Shown here: in pieces, positions 9,717 through 18,390 of the stretch
How positions within the stretch are numbered: position 1 is the stretch's first letter
Layout: every line of letters starts with the position of its first letter
From: Candidatus Omnitrophota bacterium
GTDB taxonomy: Bacteria > Omnitrophota > Gorgyraeia > Duberdicusellales > 4484-171
DNA: 64,000 nucleotides
Direction: 5' to 3'
Assembly: GCA_037146775.1 (NCBI GenBank)
Contig: JBAWWL010000003.1
Span: 2,334 to 66,333, forward strand
Translations under genes and position numbers: made by a program
Notes under the pieces: generated by a model
What the model was told of the DNA's origin: nothing
Database searches by the model: none
What the model saw: only the letters and a program-made list of their open reading frames with translations

Positions 9717-10704
9717 GGTTCACCGCCGCAGCAGCATCCTTATTATATCGCTATGGTTGATTTTCCTTCTGGCATTCTTTACTGTGGTCATAGCCGGCAT
9801 TATCAGGCAGAAGCTGATTGTCGCAAACCGTATCGATAAAGGGTTTAAGGCGTATGCGGCAGCTCTTGCCGCTATCGAAGCAGCGAAAGCGGTCGTCGGG
9901 CAGAGTGACGAAGGAAACCGTCTCACCAATCTTTATCGTTGGTATAATGATGAACGTATATTTAAAGATAAACATCTCGGCGAAGCTTTTTATAACGTAG
10001 CCTACACCACAGACACAGGCGCATCAGCCACAAAGACTGTCTATGGGTTGATAGATGAAGAACGCAAAATTAACCTTAATAAAGCGCCGCAAGAAGTGCT
10101 TTTTAGATTATTCAGCCAAGAGGGTATTGTGGAGGCAAAGCAAATTGCCGCTTGCGTAATAGACTGGCGGGATAAAGATTCGCAAATTACCGATGCAGGC
10201 GCAGAGAATACGTATTATAATAGTCTCAAGGATCCTTATAGTGCGCGCAACGCAGATCTGAAGTCTATCTATGAACTGTTGTTGGTAAACGGTATGACTA
10301 AGAAAGACTTCGACGTGATAAAAGAATATGTGACGGTATATGGCGGCGGCGCGGTTAATGTGAATACTGCCTCGAAGGAAGTGTTGGCTGCCTTGGGGTT
10401 TGGGCCTTCGCTTATAGCCAAGATAATAGAATACAGGAACGGTCCTGACGGCGAGCTATTTACGGCGGATGATCGGATGTTTGAAAATGCTTCGAGCATT
10501 CCTGCCGTGCTACAGGCTTTTACGAAATTGTCTCCGGATGAAGAAAGCCAATTGCAGGATGCGTTGAAAAGTAATACACTGGGGATAGAAGCAGCATATT
10601 TCGAAGTAAAAGCTTTTGGTTCAACCACGGGTAAACAAGAAACCGCGTACGTTGATTGTATTATATCGAAAACCGGGAAGGTTTTATTTTGGCACGAGCA
10701 ATAA
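9661..10704 (+). CDS. GspK-like minor pseudopilin with helix-hairpin-helix repeats
   Basis: 347 aa. N-terminal transmembrane helix; two HhH-like segments (NLNKAPQEVLFRLF..., VNVNTASKEVLAALGFGPSLIAKIIEYR) typical of GspK. The true start is likely the internal Met near 9685. Confidence 0.6.
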   Translation: MMLKQKIIMHYPGLFLFPKVHRRSSILIISLWLIFLLAFFTVVIAGIIRQKLIVANRIDKGFKAYAAALAAIEAAKAVVGQSDEGNRLTNLYRWYNDERIFKDKHLGEAFYNVAYTTDTGASATKTVYGLIDEERKINLNKAPQEVLFRLFSQEGIVEAKQIAACVIDWRDKDSQITDAGAENTYYNSLKDPYSARNADLKSIYELLLVNGMTKKDFDVIKEYVTVYGGGAVNVNTASKEVLAALGFGPSLIAKIIEYRNGPDGELFTADDRMFENASSIPAVLQAFTKLSPDEESQLQDALKSNTLGIEAAYFEVKAFGSTTGKQETAYVDCIISKTGKVLFWHEQ

Positions 10705-10722
10705 TATAGAGCGGCTAGCGAT

Positions 10723-12177
10723 ATGAAAAAAATAACCTCATTTTTATCCAAACCAAAAAGAGTTGCGCTTGAGCTTGGCACGAGCTGGGTTAAGATTGCG
10801 CAAGCACAGCTTTTAGATCAACAGTATAAGATTGTGGGCTTAAGCGTAAAACGAATGCTTGATATTAAGACCACCCTGGCCCCTGCCATGAAGCAATGGT
10901 TTAGGGAAATGGATATTACCGGTAACGAAGTTACTCTAATTATTCCCCGACATTTTGTTACCATAAAAAATCTGGAGTTGCCCTCGACGGATACGCGCGA
11001 GATTAAGGAAATCATCGATTTACAGATTTCAAAACAAACACCTTATTCCCGCGACGAAATAGTATTTGGTTTTAAGGTTTTACAGGGGAACACCGAAGGT
11101 TATTCGAACGTCTTGCTTGCGATTGTCAAAAAAAATATCATCGAAGAACGCCTCAAGCTTTTAAGAGAATTGCAGCTGGAAGCGGGCTGTATTCGTATCA
11201 GCTCAGAAATGGCATACCAATATTTTTTGCTGTTTAGCCGTGCCAAGCATCTCAAGGAATCAACGGCGTTGATTATCGATATTGACGAAGAGTCTAGCGA
11301 AGTATTCGTACTTAGCGCGGGCGAGCCGGTTTTTTCCCGTAATATTTTTATTGGCAGAGAATTTATCTTAAAGAATCCAGACGACTGGGAACGTAAATTT
11401 TCCGAAGAGATTAAGAGGCTGTTCGAGCTTTATCATCACGAAGGCCACCGCGCTGCGGTTGAACGCGTATTAATTACCGGCGCCACGGATGGGCTGGCGG
11501 ATGTGTTGACGTTTGTTCGCCTTTCGCTTAATTTACCTGTTGAAAAAATAGACATACTAGACATACCTATATGTATGCCCGAAGAAGCCTCTTCTATCAA
11601 AGTAATGTCTCGTTCGGTTTCTCTTTCTTCCGTTATCGGCGCCTTATGCTCACAAGAAAAAGCTCATATCAATCTTCTTCCGAGGGAAATCGAAATAGAA
11701 CGGCAGGTAAAATATAAAGCAAAATATCTTACTATTACAGGTATTTTTAGTGTCGCGGTCCTTATTTTACTTTCGGCTTTGTTGCTTGAGAAATTCTACA
11801 CAAAGAAACATTATTATGAACTGTTACACGCTAAATTTATCAAGTCAGAAACCGAAGCCGGCGATATTGAGTCCATTAAAGTAAAGGCAAATACCATCCG
11901 TAAATATCTCGATAAGAAGAATTCCGTAGTCAACATTTTGCAGGAATTGTTTAAAATTACGCCGGACCAGATTTATTTTCGCGACATTCATTATGTCAAG
12001 AATAAAGAAGTGATTTTGACCGGTTCTTCGGAGGCAATGTCCGACGTATTCAAATTCGTTACCATACTGGAGGCTCTTGAGTGTTTTGAGAATATTAAAA
12101 CAAATTATGCGACCAAGAAGCAAAAAAATGGTAAAGACGTGGTTGATTTCGAACTGATTTGTCCTTTGAAGGAATAA
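10723..12177 (+). CDS. PilM-PilN fusion protein (type IV pilus alignment subcomplex)
   Basis: 484 aa. Actin-like PilM region (about residues 1-310), followed by the conserved INLLP motif, a single transmembrane helix (ITGIFSVAVLILLSALLL) and a periplasmic PilN-like tail. Confidence 0.65.
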   Translation: MKKITSFLSKPKRVALELGTSWVKIAQAQLLDQQYKIVGLSVKRMLDIKTTLAPAMKQWFREMDITGNEVTLIIPRHFVTIKNLELPSTDTREIKEIIDLQISKQTPYSRDEIVFGFKVLQGNTEGYSNVLLAIVKKNIIEERLKLLRELQLEAGCIRISSEMAYQYFLLFSRAKHLKESTALIIDIDEESSEVFVLSAGEPVFSRNIFIGREFILKNPDDWERKFSEEIKRLFELYHHEGHRAAVERVLITGATDGLADVLTFVRLSLNLPVEKIDILDIPICMPEEASSIKVMSRSVSLSSVIGALCSQEKAHINLLPREIEIERQVKYKAKYLTITGIFSVAVLILLSALLLEKFYTKKHYYELLHAKFIKSETEAGDIESIKVKANTIRKYLDKKNSVVNILQELFKITPDQIYFRDIHYVKNKEVILTGSSEAMSDVFKFVTILEALECFENIKTNYATKKQKNGKDVVDFELICPLKE

Positions 12178-12714
12178 ATGATGGTTAAGTTAAAAATAAC
12201 AAAAAAAGAGCGCCTTATAGCCTACGTCGCGGTTTTTATGGTTGTTGCCGCTATCGGAGACAGACTTTTTTACCAGCCAATCAGAGACAAATTCAGCGGC
12301 ATGAGCAAAAAAATTTTTGTCGAAGAAAAAAAAGTTGGTGTAAACCTACGTAACTTGGCACAAAAAGACGCTATTCTTGAAGAATATAAAAAACTTTCTA
12401 AATACGTGTCTCCGATAGGAACTGACGAGGAAGAAATCTCCCGCTTCTTAAGTATTATCGAAGAAACAGCGCGTAACTCAAATATCTATATGAGCGGCAT
12501 GAAGCCGCAGCCAACCGCAAAAGTAGATTTTTATAAGCGTTACGTTGTGGAGTTGGAGGTGGAAGCGCCGACCGAGCGATTGATAGACTTTCTGTATAGA
12601 CTGGAGTCTTCAAATCAGCTTATTAACATAGAAGAGATACAGCTAAGCACCAAAAACGAAAGTACAAAAACGCTCAAAGCCCGTATGCTGGTTGCCAGAA
12701 TTCTTATCCCCTAA
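12178..12714 (+). CDS. PilO/GspM-like bitopic membrane protein
   Basis: 178 aa. N-terminal transmembrane helix (LIAYVAVFMVVAAIG). Sits immediately after pilMN. Assignment is by context and topology. Confidence 0.4.
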   Translation: MMVKLKITKKERLIAYVAVFMVVAAIGDRLFYQPIRDKFSGMSKKIFVEEKKVGVNLRNLAQKDAILEEYKKLSKYVSPIGTDEEEISRFLSIIEETARNSNIYMSGMKPQPTAKVDFYKRYVVELEVEAPTERLIDFLYRLESSNQLINIEEIQLSTKNESTKTLKARMLVARILIP

Positions 12715-12780
12715 GCCCTTGAGATCCAGGGGCGCATGATTGGTGGTCTCGTAATGAGTTATTATAATTAAGGAGGTATC

Positions 12781-13746
12781 ATGCAAGTTAAAGAAATCCC
12801 GGCAGTGGATCTGGATACTGGGAAATTCATTGTACAAAAAACAAAAGAGATTGCTTCCCTGGTCGGCAAAGGACTCGCTATCAATGCGCTTTCCGGCGGT
12901 GTTGATTCCTCTGCCGTGACAATGCTGGGGCATAAGGCTTTAGGCGAACGCCTCAAGACCTATTTTATCAACAACGGCATTATGCGTGAAGGAGAGCCGG
13001 AAAAAATTGTCGCTTTTTTTAAAGAAGTAGGAGTAACGGTAGAGGTGATTGATGCGCAAAAGAAATTTTTTAGCGCGCTAAAAGGCATTACCGATCCGGA
13101 AGAAAAGCGCGAAGCAATCACTCAAACATTTTATAAAGATGTATTTGGTAGCTTAGTGAGAAAGAGTAAGGCAAAATATCTTCTGCAGGGGACCATCCTT
13201 ACCGATATAGACGAGACGGTTGCGGGCATCAAACGGCAGCATAACGTTTTTGAGCAGTTAGGTATAGATCCGCAAAAAGTATTCGGGTATAAAATTATTG
13301 AGCCTCTTGTTTGTTTGCGCAAAGACGGAGTAAGAAAAGTTGCCAAAGCTCTCGGTCTCGCGTATGCTATCTACAACCGTATGCCCTTTCCCGGTCCGGC
13401 GCTCGCCGCCAGGGTTATCGGCGAGGTAACGCCGGCAAAAATAGCGATCGTGCGCCGTGCTACCGCTATTACCGAAGAAGAGTTAGCTTCTAGTGGGGCG
13501 TTCCAATACATGGCAATTTTACATCACGACAGAGTTACCGGAATGAAAGAGGGAAAGAGAAATTTCGGTTTACAGATTGAAATTCGCTGCTGGGACAGTG
13601 TTGATGCGCGTTCGGCCCGGCCCACCCGCCTCTCACATGATACACTAGAGCGGCTCGCCGCGCGTATAAGCGGGGAAATCAAGGAGGTAGTGAGTGTTAC
13701 TTATAATATCGCCACAAAACCGCCTTCGACCATGGAGGCTGTGTAA
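12781..13746 (+). CDS. guaA: GMP synthase ATP-pyrophosphatase/dimerisation subunit (GuaA subunit B-type, standalone)
   Basis: 321 aa. PP-loop SGGVDSS; GuaA-specific downstream motifs DPEEKREAITQTF, LLQGTILTD, MPFPGPALAARVIGEVTPAKI, TKPPSTMEA. There is no glutamine-amidotransferase domain in this ORF or in the neighbouring genes. Confidence 0.75.
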   Translation: MQVKEIPAVDLDTGKFIVQKTKEIASLVGKGLAINALSGGVDSSAVTMLGHKALGERLKTYFINNGIMREGEPEKIVAFFKEVGVTVEVIDAQKKFFSALKGITDPEEKREAITQTFYKDVFGSLVRKSKAKYLLQGTILTDIDETVAGIKRQHNVFEQLGIDPQKVFGYKIIEPLVCLRKDGVRKVAKALGLAYAIYNRMPFPGPALAARVIGEVTPAKIAIVRRATAITEEELASSGAFQYMAILHHDRVTGMKEGKRNFGLQIEIRCWDSVDARSARPTRLSHDTLERLAARISGEIKEVVSVTYNIATKPPSTMEAV

Positions 13747-13944
13747 GAGATAAAAAAAATTTGTTTTTGACCGCCATAAAATGGTATAATAATGATATAA
13801 AAAAGAAGGTGATGGATTTATTGGTGGTTGTCACCTGTATTTTAAAAAAAGGGGAGGGTTTTTAAAAGGCCGTTCCCTTTTTTATTTCTATATGAACGTA
13901 TTTCTGTCGCGGAACGGAGAATTTAATAGCGGAGGTATATTCTT

Positions 13945-14610
13945 ATGAAAAAAAATATCGCCAAGGTATTTTTGGCGAGCGCATTTTTTGTATGCGTGTG
14001 TATTGTGGCGACCCCGGCCATAATATATCTGCGGCAATTTACCTTTAATGAAGACAAGGCTTTGGCTAAATGGAACAAGATGATATTGAACGGACAGGTT
14101 AATTATGTACTAATGAAACAGGGCGGTAACGGTTTTGTGGAGGCGCTTAGCGAAAAAGCCTGCTCAGCGCTGTATTATCGTATCGGTTTCAAATTGAAAG
14201 AGTATCCTGTGCTTAGCTGGAAATGGAAAGTATTACAGTTCCCGGATACCTCTGCCGCACAAAGCGAAGACGAAAAGGATGATTATGCTGCCAGGGTATA
14301 TGTTATTTTTCCTTTTTTTAGTTTTTCTTCTTCAAAATTTATTGAATATGTCTGGTCGCCGGATTTGCCGGTAGGAACGGTTAAAACTAACCCCAAGGCG
14401 AAAAACGTAAAGATGATAGTTGCCCGTAGCGGCCGGTCTTATGGCGGAGAGTGGGTAAGTGAGAGCCGTAATGTGTACGACGATTATATAAAAGTATTTG
14501 GCGCAAAGCCCAACAGGAATGTAGGGGCGGTGGCTATTATGTCTGATGCGGATCAGACCAAGACAGTAGCGGAGGCCGCCTTTGACGATATTGCTATTGA
14601 GCGTAAATAA
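13945..14610 (+). CDS. Secreted hypothetical protein
   Basis: 221 aa. N-terminal signal-like hydrophobic segment. No catalytic motif recognised. Confidence 0.4.
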   Translation: MKKNIAKVFLASAFFVCVCIVATPAIIYLRQFTFNEDKALAKWNKMILNGQVNYVLMKQGGNGFVEALSEKACSALYYRIGFKLKEYPVLSWKWKVLQFPDTSAAQSEDEKDDYAARVYVIFPFFSFSSSKFIEYVWSPDLPVGTVKTNPKAKNVKMIVARSGRSYGGEWVSESRNVYDDYIKVFGAKPNRNVGAVAIMSDADQTKTVAEAAFDDIAIERK

Positions 14611-14642
14611 TATATCTGGTCGATAGTATTGAGAGGAGGGCT

Positions 14643-15065
14643 GTGACGATGCTAAAAATAAAAAGAAGAAAGTACTTGGTAAAAAAAGATACGCAGTTTC
14701 GCTATATGGGGCTAGTTTTAATTCCGTTGGTGTTGCTTTTGGCGTGCCTTTATTATCTCATGTACTACGCGGTATTTTATCAAATGCTGATTCCTGAGGC
14801 AGTGATCAGCACCTTGCTGCCTGCCATGAAACAAGTAAATATCGTCTTGATGCTGTGTATGCCTGTGTTGCTGTTTTTGCTTATATATGCCGGGCTCGTT
14901 TATTCCAATCGCCTCATTGGCCCTATTCCCCGGCTTGAAAGAGAAATAGACCGCATAATCGCGGGTGATTATTCGGTGCGATTGAAAACGCGTGACAAGG
15001 ATGATTTAAGGCAATTTGTGAATAAGATTAACATAGTGCTAGAAAAGTTATCCAAGGCCTCATAA
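14643..15065 (+). CDS. Small membrane protein with a HAMP-like linker
   Basis: 140 aa. GTG start. Three or four transmembrane helices, then a HAMP-like amphipathic segment (IGPIPRLEREIDRIIAGDYSVRLKTRDKDDLRQFVNKINIVLEKL). No output domain. Confidence 0.4.
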   Translation: MTMLKIKRRKYLVKKDTQFRYMGLVLIPLVLLLACLYYLMYYAVFYQMLIPEAVISTLLPAMKQVNIVLMLCMPVLLFLLIYAGLVYSNRLIGPIPRLEREIDRIIAGDYSVRLKTRDKDDLRQFVNKINIVLEKLSKAS

Positions 15066-15088
15066 GAGTTTCCCGGCGCGCTTAAAAA

Positions 15089-15703
15089 ATGATTTTTACA
15101 TTTATGAAATATGCAATACGATGTATGTTTTGTGTTACGGTGCTCTCGTTGTTTTTATGTGCGGATATGGTTTTGGCAGAAGATTTTTCCGCCGATATAG
15201 TGTATACCGGCACCTTAGGTACGCGGCCGGGGAAAATATATGTTGCAAAAAACAAAGCACGCATGGACACACCCGAAAGCAGCATAATTACCCGTGCCGA
15301 CACTAAGACCACCATCATACTGTTGCCGGGAGTAAAGACATATATGGAGCAACCTTTTGACCCGAGCAACCTCTTGGGGGTAGGCTCCCCAAGCGCCGGT
15401 ATGATTGAAAAGAGGTTTGAGGGCCAAGAAACCATAGACGGAAAGTCAACCGACAAGTATGTGCTTATGTATGAAATGCTGGGCAGGCAACAAGTGCTTT
15501 TTCAGTGGGTTAAGCCAGGCAGTGAAGTTCCGGTGCGTACCGCTTCCGAGGATGGCAGCTGGACGATCGACTATAAAAATGTTGTTCGGGGCCAGGTAGA
15601 TTCTAATCTTTTTGAAATCCCGGCCGGATATAAAAAGTTTGCCTTGCAAGGCACTATTATGGACACCTTGGCTAAGGCAATATCATCGACGGAAGAACGC
15701 TAA
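15089..15703 (+). CDS. Secreted hypothetical protein (LolA-like/DUF-type)
   Basis: 204 aa with an N-terminal signal peptide. Confidence 0.35.
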   Translation: MIFTFMKYAIRCMFCVTVLSLFLCADMVLAEDFSADIVYTGTLGTRPGKIYVAKNKARMDTPESSIITRADTKTTIILLPGVKTYMEQPFDPSNLLGVGSPSAGMIEKRFEGQETIDGKSTDKYVLMYEMLGRQQVLFQWVKPGSEVPVRTASEDGSWTIDYKNVVRGQVDSNLFEIPAGYKKFALQGTIMDTLAKAISSTEER

Positions 15704-15906
15704 AATTTCTTGCAGTATATAACATATCTTATATCGCGCCAATAAGCACAATTAATTTTTGCCGTACATTACCGCGAATAAGTTCAAAGTAAAGGCCCCG
15801 TTTTGGCCAAGATAGTTGTAAATTTTTTTGTTGTGTCTTTGGCTGCGGATGACGCCATGGTGCTTTCTTTCTTATGCTTTCGATGGTGATGCAATCATTA
15901 AAATAC

Positions 15907-15935
15907 TTGACGTATCCTGCCGGATGTGTTAATAT
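15907..15935 (+). promoter_or_regulatory. Candidate sigma70 promoter upstream of rplU
   Basis: TTGACG - 17 nt - TAATAT. It ends only 9 nt before the rplU ATG, which would imply a leaderless or near-leaderless transcript. Confidence 0.3.
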
Positions 15936-15944
15936 TCTGTCTCT

Positions 15945-16256
15945 ATGTGGGCTATTGTAGAAATAGGAAAAAAACAATACTGGGTAGAAAAAGGTTTGCA
16001 AATCGAAGTTGAACGCCTCCCGAATAAAGAGGGAGAGTTAAACTTCGATACGGTTCTTTTGGTAGCCGACGGAGAAAATGTTTCTCTCGGTGCGCCCTAT
16101 GTCGACAAGGCCAAGGTCAAGGCCGAAATCGTTAAAGAAGTCAAAGGTAATAAAGTAATCAGCTATAAATACCGCAGACGCAAGAAATCCCGCAGAATAC
16201 GCGGCCATCGACAGATATATACCCTCCTCAAAATATCTGATATAATTAACTCGTAA
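15945..16256 (+). CDS. rplU: 50S ribosomal protein L21
   Basis: 103 aa; MWAIVEIGKKQYWVEKG...GNKVISYKYRRRKKSRRIRGHRQ is the L21 signature. Confidence 0.9.
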   Translation: MWAIVEIGKKQYWVEKGLQIEVERLPNKEGELNFDTVLLVADGENVSLGAPYVDKAKVKAEIVKEVKGNKVISYKYRRRKKSRRIRGHRQIYTLLKISDIINS

Positions 16257-16337
16257 GCGAAAAGCATACCATCGTAATTAAAAACGCAGTATTGTTCCGG
16301 TTTACTTCTCGCTGTATTTTTAACAGGCGGTCCTTTT

Positions 16338-17276
16338 ATGATTATTGATGAAGTAAAAATTTACCTTCGGGCAGGTTCCGGTGGCACCGGGGAAGTGTCT
16401 TCTATGAAACTATCCGCACGCCGGGTTGTCGGCGGCGGCGGAGACGGAGGAAATGGTGGAGATGTTATTTTTCGAGTAAGTCCCCATTGTTCAGACCTGA
16501 TCAAATTCAACGACCACAAAAGATTCATTGCACCCGACGGTGAACACGGCAAAGAATACAACAAGAAAGGTAAATTCGGAGAAAATCTAATAATTAACGT
16601 TCCCGCCGGAACCATGATTTTGGATCTCGAAGGTAATCTCATTGTTGATCTCATAAACGACGGCCAGGAATATCTTGCCTGTCGCGGCGGAGAAGGCGGT
16701 AAAGGAAACTATAAAAAGCTTTATTCGCTACCGGCTCATCCCGGAGAAGAAAAAGAAGTAGTTTTATATTATTCGATACCTAATGATGTGGCTATCGTGG
16801 GATTTCCTAATAGCGGTAAAACCGCTCTTTTTAACAAGCTTACCGGAAAATCTTACAAAGTGGCAGAATATCCTTTTACCACCACCTCATGTGTCTGGGC
16901 GCCGGTCGCCATTGACTATCAGCGGTTTACGGTTTTAGATACGCCGCCTTTAAGGCAGCACGTAAGCGATATTCATACGCAAGGCCGGTTTTTGCGCCAT
17001 CTTTTCCGCAGTAAAATCATCCTTATCTTAAGCGACAGTGTTTCTTCCTATAGGGAAGAGTTCGCCATGCTTAAAAAGATGCTTGCTTCTTTCGATGAAC
17101 GTCTTTTGGAGGACAAAAAACTTTTTTACTTATTGACTAAAATTGATACAATAGATAAAAAAGAGAAACTCGAGCGGGGAGTTGTTGCGATTTCAATCGA
17201 AAACCATGTCGTCCTCGAAGCACTCAAGAAAAAGATTATGAATTACATAAATAAGTCACACACGGGTAGTTTTTAG
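16338..17276 (+). CDS. obg: Obg-family GTPase with degenerate G3/G4 motifs
   Basis: 312 aa. Obg N-terminal glycine-rich fold (GSGGTGEVS...GGGGDGGNGGDVIF). G1 GFPNSGKT and G2 YPFTT are present, but G3 reads DTPP (not DxxG) and G4 reads TKID (not NKxD). Confidence 0.7.
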   Translation: MIIDEVKIYLRAGSGGTGEVSSMKLSARRVVGGGGDGGNGGDVIFRVSPHCSDLIKFNDHKRFIAPDGEHGKEYNKKGKFGENLIINVPAGTMILDLEGNLIVDLINDGQEYLACRGGEGGKGNYKKLYSLPAHPGEEKEVVLYYSIPNDVAIVGFPNSGKTALFNKLTGKSYKVAEYPFTTTSCVWAPVAIDYQRFTVLDTPPLRQHVSDIHTQGRFLRHLFRSKIILILSDSVSSYREEFAMLKKMLASFDERLLEDKKLFYLLTKIDTIDKKEKLERGVVAISIENHVVLEALKKKIMNYINKSHTGSF

Positions 17277-17285
17277 CTTATCCCT

Positions 17286-18326
17286 ATGAAAAAAATAGTT
17301 GTGAAAATAGGCAGCAGCCTTATCGCGCCTTCCGGGAACCTCGATATGGCGCTTTTGGCCGAGCTCGTCAAAGATATTATTGAAGCACAAAATCAGGGAT
17401 ATAAAGTGATCCTGGTTTCTTCGGGCGCTATTGCCTGCGGAGCACATAAACTGGGGCTTAAGAAAAAACCCACCGATACCCATTCGCTCATGGCTATTGC
17501 ATCGCTAGGTCAGATCGTTTTGATGGATGCTTACAGCGATGCATTTGCCGCGCATAAGAAATCTTGCGCTCAGATTCTTCTTACCTGGGATGATTTTGAC
17601 AACCGCAAACGTTTCTTAAACGCACGCAGCACTATCGCCAAGCTTTTGTCGCTGGACATTATTCCGATCATTAACGAAAATGACGCGGTATCTTGCGATG
17701 AAATAAAATTTGGAGATAACGATCGGCTTTCTGCGTTGGTCGCCGATCTTACAAGAGCAGAAACATTGATCATTCTTTCTGACGTGCCCGGGCTCCTTGA
17801 CGGTACGCGCTTGGTTCCGGTAATTGAAAAAATTGACGCCAATGTGCTGGCGCTTGTGCGCAGAGAAGACAAAGCTTTGACCTCTGGTGGTATGTTTACC
17901 AAACTTGAGGCGGCTAAAATTTCCCTTTCTTTAGGGGTGCAAATGATCATAGCTTCCGGCAGAGAAGAAAAAGTTATCTCGCGTATTGCAGCCGGAGAAC
18001 ATCTTGGCACCCTCTTCGTATCTTGTGGCCAGAAACACACAGCCCGTAAACGGTGGATCGCATTCAGTAAAAAAATCAAAGGGATGATTTATGTTGATGA
18101 CGGAGCGGCTGAGGCAATAACACATCGAGGTAAAAGCCTATTGTGCGTAGGTATCACCAAGACCGAAGGCGAGTTCAAAAGAAAAGATTCCGTTGAGGTG
18201 GTAGACAGTCATGGCAATATTCTTGGGTGCGGTTTGGTTAATTATTCGGCTGATGAGCTGGTCAATTGCCGCAGTAAAAAATTAGAACAGGAAGTTATCC
18301 ACCGGGATAACTTTGTACAGAAATAA
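17286..18326 (+). CDS. proB: Glutamate 5-kinase (with PUA domain)
   Basis: 346 aa. The N-terminus VVKIGSSLIA...VILVSSGAIACG is the ProB signature; C-terminal PUA-like region. Confidence 0.88.
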   Translation: MKKIVVKIGSSLIAPSGNLDMALLAELVKDIIEAQNQGYKVILVSSGAIACGAHKLGLKKKPTDTHSLMAIASLGQIVLMDAYSDAFAAHKKSCAQILLTWDDFDNRKRFLNARSTIAKLLSLDIIPIINENDAVSCDEIKFGDNDRLSALVADLTRAETLIILSDVPGLLDGTRLVPVIEKIDANVLALVRREDKALTSGGMFTKLEAAKISLSLGVQMIIASGREEKVISRIAAGEHLGTLFVSCGQKHTARKRWIAFSKKIKGMIYVDDGAAEAITHRGKSLLCVGITKTEGEFKRKDSVEVVDSHGNILGCGLVNYSADELVNCRSKKLEQEVIHRDNFVQK

Positions 18327-18390
18327 AACAATTAACGCATTATCCGACCCGAGAATACGAATCATAGACTTTCGTTGCGGCAAGAACTTT

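Noticed and set aside
13787-13815. Promoter-like TTGACC...TATAAT upstream of the 13945 ORF
   Set aside because: The spacer between the -35 and -10 hexamers is only about 12 nt, too short for a sigma70 promoter. Not reported as a feature.
16257-16337. Possible tiny rpmA (L27) gene between rplU and obg
   Set aside because: The 80-bp spacer cannot encode an ~85-aa L27, and it has no ORF. The absence is noted as a finding rather than asserted as a feature.
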